In this document: piece after piece, positions 41,505-51,042 of the stretch
Layout: the number at the start of each line of letters is the position of its first letter
Numbering within the stretch: the first letter of the stretch is position 1
Origin: a bacterium
GTDB lineage: Bacteria > Electryoneota > Electryoneia > Electryoneales > Electryoneaceae
DNA length: 64,000 nucleotides
Assembly: GCA_963675295.2 (NCBI GenBank)
Contig: CAXXKJ010000002.1
Location: 4,320,001-4,384,000, forward strand
Direction: 5' to 3'
Program-made: the position numbers and the translations under genes
The notes under the pieces: model-generated
Seen by the model: only the letters and a program-made list of their open reading frames with translations
The model's database searches: none
What the model was told of the DNA's origin: nothing

Positions 41505-43205
41505 ATGAAACTGCTGGCAGGAGTAGCGTTGATAGCTTTCTTGGTGTCGAGCGTATTTGGTCAGGCGATTCCGCCGATCAACCTCAACGCCGAATTGTTA
41601 CAGGCGGGGGAAGTATCCCTGACATGGGAAGAGCCGCCGGATGGGCTGTTTGAAGACTTCAACGACGGCGTCGCCCAGGGATTTGAGTGGCTGCTGTACA
41701 ACGGATCGTATGTCATAGAGGACGGGTATGCCAAGGTAGACGTCACCACGAACGTCAGCGGCCAGTGGGGAACAGGCGTCTACACACCGGTCGTGTTTGA
41801 TGACTTTACTGCGGAAGTAACCTACGAGGGTTACGAAGGATATACTTCCCGCGGGATGGTTTTCCGCTGTGACGGCAATTTCGACAGTAATTTCAATGGC
41901 TACGGATTCTGGACATCCAACACTTCATTTTCAGTCTGGAAATATGTGAACGGATCGGAAACCAATGCCTTCAGTTGGACAACCAGCAGCTATATCAACA
42001 CCGGCACCGGCGAGTCCAACACCCTGAAGGTGACCGGCGAGGGCAGCACCTTCACCCTTTACATCAACGGCCATAACGTGGGATCGTTCACCGACACCGC
42101 GCATGCGACCGGACATGTCGGCGTCGTCGCAGCGTATGGCGACCTGATCTGGTTTGACGAACTCACGAGTGTCTTCGGCATTCTCCCCGGTGCGGACAGC
42201 GTTTCGGGTGAGCCAGGCGAACCTCTGCAGGGTCAGTTCGACTCGATGGGCCGTCCGTTGAACGATGTTGCCGTGCGTGAACAGCAGCAGATGCGGGCGA
42301 CTGCGCAGTCGGGCAACCCCAGCGGTGGCGACCTCAACGAGATCGACGAGTTCATTGAATACCGCATCTACCGAGACGGAACCTACATCGGCGCTGCAAC
42401 AACTGAAGCCTACACCGACAACCTGCCGCAACCGGGTGAGTACGAATACACCGTGACGGCCTATTATGATCCGGAGGGCGAATCGTCCCCGGCCGGCCCG
42501 CTGATGGTCAACTGGGAACCGGTTGTCTTGACCCTCACCGGGCAAATCACCACAGTCCCGCCGCAGGGTGGGCTGATTTACTACGATGTCTCGGTCTGGA
42601 ATACGTTGCCGCAGACATTCAACAACGTCAACTGGTGGACGACGGTTCAACTCCCGAACGGACAGATGTTCGGACCGCTCACACTGATGAACGTGACTAT
42701 CCCCGGCTTCATCAACACGACTGTTCAGGGGCTGACCCAGAACATTCCGAACCTCGCACCGAGTGGTGACTACATCTTCACCGGTCACCTGGGTAACTAC
42801 CCAAACAGCATTCTGAACGACAGCTTCACGTTTGAGAAGCAGGGTGTGAGTAGCGACGCCATCAACTTCAACCCGGAAGACTGGGTCGGATCTGAATTCA
42901 CGCTCGCGTCCGATGAGGCGTCGGTAACCGGTCTGCCTTCCGCCTACGCACTGAGCGCGGCGTATCCGAACCCGTTCAACCCGAGCAACTCGTTCAGTGT
43001 CAGCCTGCCTGACGCCGCCGAGCTGACGGTCACGGTCTACAACATCGCCGGTCAACGTGTCGCGACCATCGCGGACGGCATGACCAGCGCCGGCCAGCAC
43101 GAGTACACCTTCGACGCATCCGGTTTGGCCAGCGGGTTGTACTTTATTCGAGCAGTTGTACCCGGTGAACTGGATCAGATTCGGAAGGTTACGCTGATCC
43201 GTTAA
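41505..43205 (+). CDS. Family B paralog 4
   Basis: Same architecture, 566 aa; C-terminal half nearly identical to paralog 1. Confidence 0.88.
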   Translation: MKLLAGVALIAFLVSSVFGQAIPPINLNAELLQAGEVSLTWEEPPDGLFEDFNDGVAQGFEWLLYNGSYVIEDGYAKVDVTTNVSGQWGTGVYTPVVFDDFTAEVTYEGYEGYTSRGMVFRCDGNFDSNFNGYGFWTSNTSFSVWKYVNGSETNAFSWTTSSYINTGTGESNTLKVTGEGSTFTLYINGHNVGSFTDTAHATGHVGVVAAYGDLIWFDELTSVFGILPGADSVSGEPGEPLQGQFDSMGRPLNDVAVREQQQMRATAQSGNPSGGDLNEIDEFIEYRIYRDGTYIGAATTEAYTDNLPQPGEYEYTVTAYYDPEGESSPAGPLMVNWEPVVLTLTGQITTVPPQGGLIYYDVSVWNTLPQTFNNVNWWTTVQLPNGQMFGPLTLMNVTIPGFINTTVQGLTQNIPNLAPSGDYIFTGHLGNYPNSILNDSFTFEKQGVSSDAINFNPEDWVGSEFTLASDEASVTGLPSAYALSAAYPNPFNPSNSFSVSLPDAAELTVTVYNIAGQRVATIADGMTSAGQHEYTFDASGLASGLYFIRAVVPGELDQIRKVTLIR

Positions 43206-43254
43206 ACGTGTTGTTCCTGAGCAACTTGAGAATAAGATTTCGCGTCAAAAAGAG

Positions 43255-43285
43255 ACAACCCCGGTCATTCTGGCCGGGGTTGTTT
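43255..43285. terminator. Hairpin terminator between convergent genes
   Basis: acaaccccgg/ccggggttgt. Confidence 0.7.
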
Positions 43286-43312
43286 ATCGCAGGAGTTAAC
43301 GATCAGCGGAGA

Positions 43313-43969
43313 TCAGTGGTCGAAGAACTGCAGGCCGAGGTTCACGCTGACCGTTCGGAAACGATCGTCTTGTCCGGAGGTATAGAACCCGGCTTCGGTT
43401 CCGGCCACCAGCACCGTGGTGATCCCGCCGAGTTGGAACCGCACTGGTGTGCGCACTGTCACCGCCGGCGCCAGCAACATGTACGATTGGCGCGTGATGC
43501 CGATGACGTCGATTGCCTCCCGTCGTTCCCGTTCGGCGAACGCCCAGCCCCACTTCATGCTGAACTCGGTCGCCAGCGACTCCTCGTAGAAGTCGGCGGA
43601 ATTGGTCCATGCCAGGGTGAACAGCAGGCCGGTCCGCGCGACGTCATTCAGCACACCATTGCCGTCATCATACGGCGCGCCACCATCCACGTTGCTGTAG
43701 CCTCCGAATACGCCGACGCCGTACCCCATGCTCGGCTCCGGTAACGGGTCCATCGGCCCGCTCAGTCCATTGATCCAGTTTCGCCGCCAGGCGGCTTCCA
43801 CGCCGATTGAACGATCAGGGCTCAAGGTCGCGGTGGACTCGGTGGTGGTTTCGGTGCGTGCGTCCACCTCGAACGCGTTCTGCTGGATGAATCGTTCGGA
43901 CGCGCACCCGCTCAGCGCCAACAGGGTGGCGATCAACAGCACGGTGCGGACGGTGAAAGTGGTCGTCAT
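43313..43969 (-). CDS. Putative lipoprotein / small outer-membrane beta-barrel
   Basis: Lipobox LSGC; amphipathic strands, VSVNLGLQF near the C-terminus; aagggg RBS. Confidence 0.65.
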   Translation of the reverse strand: MTTTFTVRTVLLIATLLALSGCASERFIQQNAFEVDARTETTTESTATLSPDRSIGVEAAWRRNWINGLSGPMDPLPEPSMGYGVGVFGGYSNVDGGAPYDDGNGVLNDVARTGLLFTLAWTNSADFYEESLATEFSMKWGWAFAERERREAIDVIGITRQSYMLLAPAVTVRTPVRFQLGGITTVLVAGTEAGFYTSGQDDRFRTVSVNLGLQFFDH

Positions 43970-44865
43970 GGTTCCCCTTGATTCCGGTCGGCTGCCGCTT
44001 CACATGACACGATTCTTCTGTTGTACGCCTCGAAGGTACGTCCGGTTCGCGGCAATGGGCACGCTGCCTCCCCTCTCACAGGGATCAGGGATCGAGCAAG
44101 TCCTGGATCGGCCTCCCATCGGGATCGGCATGACTCTGGAGGACTGTGGAAATTTCAAGAAAATCGTCGAGTGGATGGTGGATTTCTCCTTTCGTTTTCT
44201 ATCTTGTGCATGAGGGATTCATCTGCGGAAGGTGAGCCGCAGATGGGGCTTGTTGCTCATCCAAACTCTTGGAATAACAAGTCTTTCCCTTGAATTGGAC
44301 GCTGCTATCGCGGCTGGCCTGCACAGGGTTTTACAGCTGAATGGTGGCGTATGCTCTTTCAGGTACCCCCCGGAAACGGTCCATTCTGACAGCATCTGTA
44401 TTGTGAACCGGATGATAATGACGGGCCGCACTTCCTTCACCGATCTGGTGAATTTCAGCCGTCGAAAGACAGTAGAACCCGGAACTTGCTGCTCCACGAG
44501 CGAGGATGGTGAATGCAAAAAATTCCCATCGGGTCTTGCGGGCGGCACGAATTATGTGCATGCTCTGACGCTTGGGTGAACTGGCTTTCTTTTGCTGTAC
44601 GATCTGGCACAAAACGCGATCTGTGACCTCGGGTCACTGGAAAACAAGCACCGACTGTTCACACTGATTTGGGAGACTTCGCCGTCTGTTTTCGAGGGGG
44701 TGGGTCTCCCTCTGTTGTCTTGGCAGTTGATGGTTTTTCCAAGGCATCGAGGTGGGAAGTCGTGCACGAAATTCCAGGTTCGGCTGAGTCACAGATCCTC
44801 ACAACGTAGTTCAAGGCAGCAGCGTGGACTCGTCCATGCAGGGTCAAACCTAAAAGGGGAAAGAG

Positions 44866-46557
44866 ATGAAACATGTAGTCATGCTCGTGCTCGGATTGCT
44901 GGTGGCCGGTATGGCTTTCGGCCAGGCAATACCTCCGATGAATCTGCAGGCTGAAGTGTTGACGGCCGGTGATGTCGAGTTGACGTGGGAAGAACCGCCG
45001 GAGGGTCTGGTTGAGGACTTCAATGACGGTCTTGCTCAGGGATTCGAATTTTTCGTTGGCCCTGGTTCATACATGATTGATGGTGGTTTCTGCAAATTTG
45101 ACGTCGTCGGCAACACCACCGACTGGGGTTCTGGTACCTACATGAACCTCGCGTTCGATAACTTCAGCTGCAGCACGACCATTCAGTATCAGGTCACGCA
45201 GGGTTATTCGACCGGTCTGCTGTTCTGCGGTAACGGCCCCCAGGATGGCGACTACGAAGGCTACGCGGTGTACATCAGCAACACCAGCTATTCCGCGTGG
45301 TACTACGTTGCCGGTGCCCCGACCAACATCATTGGTTGGACGACCGGCACCGCGATCAACACCGGTGTTGGCGCGGTGAACGTGCTGCAGATTGACGGCA
45401 GCAACGGCACCTTCGACATCACCATCAACGGCAACTACGAAGGCAGCTTCACGAACGCGACGTATCCGTCCGGTTATGTTGGCATGGCATGCGCTTACAC
45501 CAACGAAACCTGGTTCGATGACATCAACTGCATGTTCGCCGCCAATGCTCCGGATGCCCCGGCGCAGATGGGCGAGCTGGAAACCGTGCTTCGTGACGAC
45601 ATGGGTCGTGTGATCACCAACCCGGATGATTTCTACGTCCAGGGCCGTGCCTTTGACCGCTACGGCGAAGGTGGCAACGCCCTTGATGAACTGCTGGGCT
45701 ACAACATCTACCGTGATGGTAACCTTGTCGGCAGTGTTGGCATGGCGAACTTGAGCTACATCGATACGATGCCGACGCTCAACGAAACCTACGAATACAC
45801 CGTCACCGCGGTGTACGATCCGGAAGGCGAATCGTCTCCGGCCGGCCCGGTTGTCGTGACCTGGGATCCGGTCTTCTTCACGCTTGAAGGCCAGATCACG
45901 GAAATCCCGGCGGCGGGTGGTGGGATGTACTACGATGCGCACCTGCTCAACACACTTCCGCAGACCTTCTCGCAGGGTGTGTTCTACAAAACCTACGTGA
46001 CCTTCCCGAATGGTCAGAGCTTCGGTCCGCTGAGCCAGCAGCCGGTCGTGATCCCGGGCTTCGTCAACACGACGGTTGAAGGTCTGTTCCTGATGCTGCC
46101 GGCGCATGCTCCGGCGGGTAACTATGTCTTCACGGGCCGTCTTGGCACCAACAATACGTACGTGGAAGACACGGTTGACTTCACCAAGCTCGCGGCTGCG
46201 ACGGACAACACCTACGTGTCCGACCCGAGCGCCTGGGCGCAGAACAGCACGCTCGCGTTTGAAGACCTGAACACTCCAGTTGAGGTTCCGGTTGACTATG
46301 CGATGAGCGCTGCGTATCCGAACCCGTTCAACCCGACCACCACCATCAGCATCACCATGCCGGAAGCGGCGGATCTGTCGGTCGTGGTGTACAACGTTCA
46401 GGGTCAGAAGGTTGCGACGCTGGCGCATGGCCAGATCAATGCCGGCCAGCACACCTTCACGTTTGATGCCAACGGTCTCGCCAGTGGCCTGTACTTCGTG
46501 CATGCCGTGGTTCCGGGACAGCTGGATCAGATTCGCAAGGTGACCTTGCTGCGTTAA
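44866..46557 (+). CDS. Family B paralog 5
   Basis: Same architecture, 563 aa. Confidence 0.88.
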   Translation: MKHVVMLVLGLLVAGMAFGQAIPPMNLQAEVLTAGDVELTWEEPPEGLVEDFNDGLAQGFEFFVGPGSYMIDGGFCKFDVVGNTTDWGSGTYMNLAFDNFSCSTTIQYQVTQGYSTGLLFCGNGPQDGDYEGYAVYISNTSYSAWYYVAGAPTNIIGWTTGTAINTGVGAVNVLQIDGSNGTFDITINGNYEGSFTNATYPSGYVGMACAYTNETWFDDINCMFAANAPDAPAQMGELETVLRDDMGRVITNPDDFYVQGRAFDRYGEGGNALDELLGYNIYRDGNLVGSVGMANLSYIDTMPTLNETYEYTVTAVYDPEGESSPAGPVVVTWDPVFFTLEGQITEIPAAGGGMYYDAHLLNTLPQTFSQGVFYKTYVTFPNGQSFGPLSQQPVVIPGFVNTTVEGLFLMLPAHAPAGNYVFTGRLGTNNTYVEDTVDFTKLAAATDNTYVSDPSAWAQNSTLAFEDLNTPVEVPVDYAMSAAYPNPFNPTTTISITMPEAADLSVVVYNVQGQKVATLAHGQINAGQHTFTFDANGLASGLYFVHAVVPGQLDQIRKVTLLR

Positions 46558-46600
46558 CAGCTTGATCGGCTGAATGCCGTATTCCTTCCGATTGAGAGGG

Positions 46601-46634
46601 CACCCCGGACTGGCAACAGTTCGGGGTGTTTTTT
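46601..46634 (+). terminator. Intrinsic terminator
   Basis: caccccggact/agttcggggtg hairpin + T6. Confidence 0.75.
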
Positions 46635-46991
46635 GTCTCTCTTGCGTCCCTCGGGGTACCCGTTCACGTTTGACAAAAACGCCAAACCGCTTGCAAAACG
46701 AGCTCGAATTGTGCAATGTCTAGGGGTCGTTCAGAATACAGTTGAGCCGACTTGCACGGGCCGCGTAGATCGACGCTGAACGGAAGGCTGTGCACGATAC
46801 CTCTCCGCTTCCGACGACGCGCCTGCAAAGGCGTGCCCACCAGGCCAGGCTTGACAAAGTCCCCCTCTCGATCGAGTTTTACGCAGCACAAACGTGGTCA
46901 ACGAGACGCGTGGATCATCCTGACCAAAATGGAATATTCAGCTCTTTCCATAGCAGTGATACGATACAGGGTCCAACACAAGGGGATTAAC

Positions 46992-48677
46992 ATGAAGCAA
47001 GTCGTCCTGTTTGCATTGGGAATGCTGTTCGTCGCTTCGGCGTTCGGGCAGGCGATTCCCCCGATGAATCTCGCCGCGGAGGTGCTGACCGACGGCGACG
47101 TCGAGTTGACGTGGGAAGAACCGCCGGAGGGGTTGGCGGAAACGTTTGACAGCGATCCGGGTGATTCCTGGAACTGGCTGGTTCAATCGATCAGTTTCGA
47201 AGACGGCTATGCCAAGATCAATGGTAGCGGTGCGAGCGACTGGCAGACCGGCGCGTACGAAAATCTGGAGTTCAGCAGCTTTACGCTGAACAGCACCTTT
47301 GAGATTCAGGATGCCTCCACTTCTTCGCGTGGTGTCATGTGGTGCGTCAACGGCCCGCGCGATGCCGACTTCCAGGGCTATGGCATGTACATCTCCAACA
47401 CCAGCTGGTCGGTCTGGAAATACACCAACGGCTCGGCGTCCAGCGTCATTTCCTGGAGCACCGGCACCGGCATCAACACTGGTCAGGGCGCGGTCAACAC
47501 GATGGAAGTCCAGGGAGCTGATGGCACGTTCGATCTCTACATCAACGGCACCTACCACAACAGCTTCACCGACAACAGTTATCCCCAGGGTTTCGTTGGC
47601 GTGATTGAAGCATACAACGTCACCTGGTACGACGAGATTTCCTGCATCTTCAGTGCCGCGCCGGACGCCGTCCCCGCCCCGGCTCAGCCGGGCGAACCGG
47701 TCGCCGGTTACTTCGATGACATGGGCAATCCGGTCAACGAACCGTTGCCGGTAGCTGAAAACGTGCGTGTTTTTGACCGCTACGGCCAGGGTGGTGGCAA
47801 TGCGCTGGACGAACTGGTTGGCTACAACATTTACCGTGATGGCAACCTCGTTGGCAGCGTAGGCGCGACCACGTTCAGCTACGTTGACACCATGCCGACA
47901 CTGTGGGAAACGTACGAATACACCGTCACCGCAGATTACGATCCGGAAGGCGAATCCGCCCCGGCAGGCCCGGTCAGCGTAACCTGGGATGCGGTCTATT
48001 TCACCCTCACCGGTGTCATCACCGAAATCCCGGCCAACGGCGGCACGCTGTTCTATGACGCCAGCGTGATCAACACTCTCGGCACTACGTTCAACCAGGG
48101 TGTGACTTACAAGACGTTCCTCAACTTCCCGAACGGCCAGTTTTTCGGGCCGATCAGCGCGTCTCCGGTCACCATTGCAGCGTACCTGAACACCACGGTT
48201 CAAGGTCTGTCGCTGAGCCTTCCGGCGCTTGCCCCGGCTGGCGAGTACATCTTCACCGGCCGTCTCGGCACAAACAATACGTACGTCGAAGACTCATTCA
48301 CCTTCACCAAGTTGAGCAGCGGCACCGACGGTGTTGTTTCCGATCCCAGCACCTGGGCGCAGAACAGCACGCTCGCGTTCGAGGACCTGAGCACGCCGGT
48401 TGAAGTCCCGGTTGACTTTGCGATGAGCGCGGCGTACCCGAACCCGTTCAATCCGACCACCTCGGTCAGCATCACGATGCCGGAAGCCGGTGAGTTGAGC
48501 CTGACCGTCTACAACATCCAGGGCCAGGTTGTCGCGACCCTCAGCGATGGCATGATCAGCGCGGGCAGCCACCAGTTCACGGTTGACGCTAACGATCTCG
48601 CCAGCGGTCTGTATTTCATCCGCGCGTCGGTTCCGGGCAAGCTGAACCAGGTTCAGAAGGTGACCTTGCTGCAGTAA
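46992..48677 (+). CDS. Family B paralog 6
   Basis: Start MKQVVLF after agggga RBS; same architecture. Confidence 0.88.
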   Translation: MKQVVLFALGMLFVASAFGQAIPPMNLAAEVLTDGDVELTWEEPPEGLAETFDSDPGDSWNWLVQSISFEDGYAKINGSGASDWQTGAYENLEFSSFTLNSTFEIQDASTSSRGVMWCVNGPRDADFQGYGMYISNTSWSVWKYTNGSASSVISWSTGTGINTGQGAVNTMEVQGADGTFDLYINGTYHNSFTDNSYPQGFVGVIEAYNVTWYDEISCIFSAAPDAVPAPAQPGEPVAGYFDDMGNPVNEPLPVAENVRVFDRYGQGGGNALDELVGYNIYRDGNLVGSVGATTFSYVDTMPTLWETYEYTVTADYDPEGESAPAGPVSVTWDAVYFTLTGVITEIPANGGTLFYDASVINTLGTTFNQGVTYKTFLNFPNGQFFGPISASPVTIAAYLNTTVQGLSLSLPALAPAGEYIFTGRLGTNNTYVEDSFTFTKLSSGTDGVVSDPSTWAQNSTLAFEDLSTPVEVPVDFAMSAAYPNPFNPTTSVSITMPEAGELSLTVYNIQGQVVATLSDGMISAGSHQFTVDANDLASGLYFIRASVPGKLNQVQKVTLLQ

Positions 48678-48706
48678 TCCGGTCGATTCATCATCGATGT
48701 TTACTT

Positions 48707-48740
48707 ATCCCCGGGCCGATACAGGTCCGGGGATTTTTTT
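48707..48740 (+). terminator. Intrinsic terminator
   Basis: atccccgggcc/ggtccggggat hairpin + T tract. Confidence 0.75.
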
Positions 48741-49183
48741 GCGTCTTGTCCTCCGGCGAGAAACCATTTCTACAGTAAATCCATGAGAAATCTAAAGCTG
48801 AACATGCTTTCGGCAACTCCTTAACCTCGCTCTCTGAGGCTAGTTAACGAGTTTAGTTTTCATGCCCGGCTTGCAAACTCGTTGTGTTTGATGCAAATTC
48901 CTGAGACACGCTGCTGTCGGGTGCGCAGCAGACCCGAACAAACGCTGGAAAGGGCTGTTTTGGCGAATTTCACTTGAGACAATCGTCGACGGCCGGCGTT
49001 GAACAGGAGAATATCCCAAGGGGGGATATTCTCCTTTTTCGTCAAGGGTGGACGTATCGGTCAATCGACGTGAATCACGGGTAGTTGCAGGCAGATCTGC
49101 GCAGATCTGCCAACGGATAGCCTGTCAATCAGAGTTGCAGTGGCGTGAGTTGATTGTGTGCACGTCAAACAAGGGGGGTAACG

Positions 49184-50872
49184 ATGAAACATTTTCTGTT
49201 GGTCATCCTGGGAGTGGCGGTTGCCGGACTTGTTTTCGGACAAGCGGTGCCTCCGATGAACCTCGCTGCCGAGGTGTTGACTGCCGGGCAGGTTGAGCTG
49301 ACCTGGGACGAACCGCCGCCCGGATTGGTCGAGTCATTTGACGCGGATCCGGGCACCGCTTGGAATTGGCTTTATGTTGGCGGAACACTGGTGTTCGATG
49401 GTGGCTACGCCAAGATGGATGTCACCGGCACCAATGCCTGGGGGACGGGTGCATACGAGATGCTCGAATTTGACAACTTCGCCCTCGATTGCACCTTCGA
49501 AATTCAGGACACACAAACCAGTTCGCGTGGTGTGATGTGGTGTACCAACGGACCGCGTGACGCCGATTTCCAGGGCTACGGCTGCTATGTAAGTAGCACT
49601 AGTTATTCTGTCTGGAAGTACACGGCGGGCAGCGCATCAAGCATCATTTCATGGACTACCGGCACCGGGATCAACACCGGCATCGGCGCTGTGAACCAGA
49701 TGCATGTCGATGGTTCCAACGGAACCTACGATATCTACATCAACGGCACGTACCACAACAGCTTCACCGATGCGTCCTACCCGCAGGGCTATGTCGGCGT
49801 GATCGAAGCCTACAACATCACCTGGTGGGATGAGATCACCTGCTTCTTCGGTGCGGCGGCTGCACCGGACGCACCCGCGTACCATGGCACGCCGGTCGAG
49901 GGCTGTTTCGACGACATGCACAATCCCGTCGACACCCCGCTGCCGGTTGCGGAAGGTGTGCGCGTGTTTGACCGCTATGGTCAGAGTGGTGGAAACGCGC
50001 TGGATGAGCTGCTCGGGTATCGCATCTACCGCGATGGAGCAGAAGTCGGCGCTGTGGGTCCGGCCACACTCAGCTTCATCGACACCATGCCCACGCTGAA
50101 CGAAACCTACGAATACACCGTCACTGCGGTCTACGATCCGGAAGGCGAATCGTCACCGGCAGGCCCGTTGTATGTGACCTGGGAACCGGTGTATCTCGAC
50201 TTGATCGGTCAGATTACCGAAATCCCGGCCTCCGGTGGGTCGATGTACTATGACGCCCATGTGCTGAACACTCTGCCGACCACCTTCAGCCAGGGAGTGA
50301 CCTACAAAACGTACGTTCAGTTCCCCAACGCACAGGTCTTCGGTCCGTTGAGCATGCAGCCGGTCGTCATTCAGGGCTACATGAACACCACGGTCAACGG
50401 CCTGTTCCTGACGCTACCAGCCCATGCTCCGGCCGGCGACTACGTGTTCCGTGGCAGGTTGGGCACGAACAACATGTACCTCGAGGATACGGTGGACTTC
50501 ACCAAGCTTCCCAGTGCTGCGGATAGCTGGGTCTCAGACCCGTCCACCTGGCCGCAGAACCACACGCTTACGCTGGAGGACCTGACCACGCCGGTCTCAG
50601 CTCCAGTCGGCTATGCGTTGAGCGCGGCGTATCCGAATCCGTTCAACCCGAGCACGTCCATAAGCGTCACCATGCCCGAGGCGGGTGAACTGGCGATCGT
50701 GGTCTACAACATTCAGGGCCGGCAGGTCGCCACGTTGACGCAGGGCCAGCTCAATGCCGGCCGTCACACATTCACTTTCAACGCCGACGGTCTCGCCAGC
50801 GGTTTGTATTTCGTGCACGCCGTTGTCCCGGGCCAGTTGGACCAGATCCAAAAAGTGACTTTGCTGCGGTAA
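49184..50872 (+). CDS. Family B paralog 7
   Basis: Start MKHFLL; same architecture. Confidence 0.88.
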   Translation: MKHFLLVILGVAVAGLVFGQAVPPMNLAAEVLTAGQVELTWDEPPPGLVESFDADPGTAWNWLYVGGTLVFDGGYAKMDVTGTNAWGTGAYEMLEFDNFALDCTFEIQDTQTSSRGVMWCTNGPRDADFQGYGCYVSSTSYSVWKYTAGSASSIISWTTGTGINTGIGAVNQMHVDGSNGTYDIYINGTYHNSFTDASYPQGYVGVIEAYNITWWDEITCFFGAAAAPDAPAYHGTPVEGCFDDMHNPVDTPLPVAEGVRVFDRYGQSGGNALDELLGYRIYRDGAEVGAVGPATLSFIDTMPTLNETYEYTVTAVYDPEGESSPAGPLYVTWEPVYLDLIGQITEIPASGGSMYYDAHVLNTLPTTFSQGVTYKTYVQFPNAQVFGPLSMQPVVIQGYMNTTVNGLFLTLPAHAPAGDYVFRGRLGTNNMYLEDTVDFTKLPSAADSWVSDPSTWPQNHTLTLEDLTTPVSAPVGYALSAAYPNPFNPSTSISVTMPEAGELAIVVYNIQGRQVATLTQGQLNAGRHTFTFNADGLASGLYFVHAVVPGQLDQIQKVTLLR

Positions 50873-50904
50873 CATCTTTCCCCACGACCCTGCAGAGTTC
50901 ACAT

Positions 50905-50934
50905 CACCCCGGGCCGTTCGGTCCGGGGTGTTTT
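50905..50934 (+). terminator. Intrinsic terminator
   Basis: caccccgggcc/ggtccggggtg hairpin + TTTT. Confidence 0.72.
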
Positions 50935-51042
50935 GTGTCCTCCCGCACGAATTGAGCGTGATCTCCCCCTCAACGCCACCAGCTTCCTGAGTATGACTCC
51001 CTTAACTCGGCTAACAGTAGCATCTTCACGGTGTTGGTCAAT

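Noticed and set aside
1197-44622. Sigma-54 promoters at TGGCA motifs (~1198, ~44605)
   Set aside because: The -12 element reads GA instead of the required GC
44021-44954. Short ORFs in the long spacer before family B paralog 5
   Set aside because: Overlapping in several frames with no RBS, motif or codon-bias support; treated as non-coding
35811-50872. Diversity-generating retroelement or invertase shufflon behind the paralog variation
   Set aside because: No reverse transcriptase, no template/variable repeat pair with adenine-specific differences, no site-specific recombinase; all copies are full-length and co-oriented
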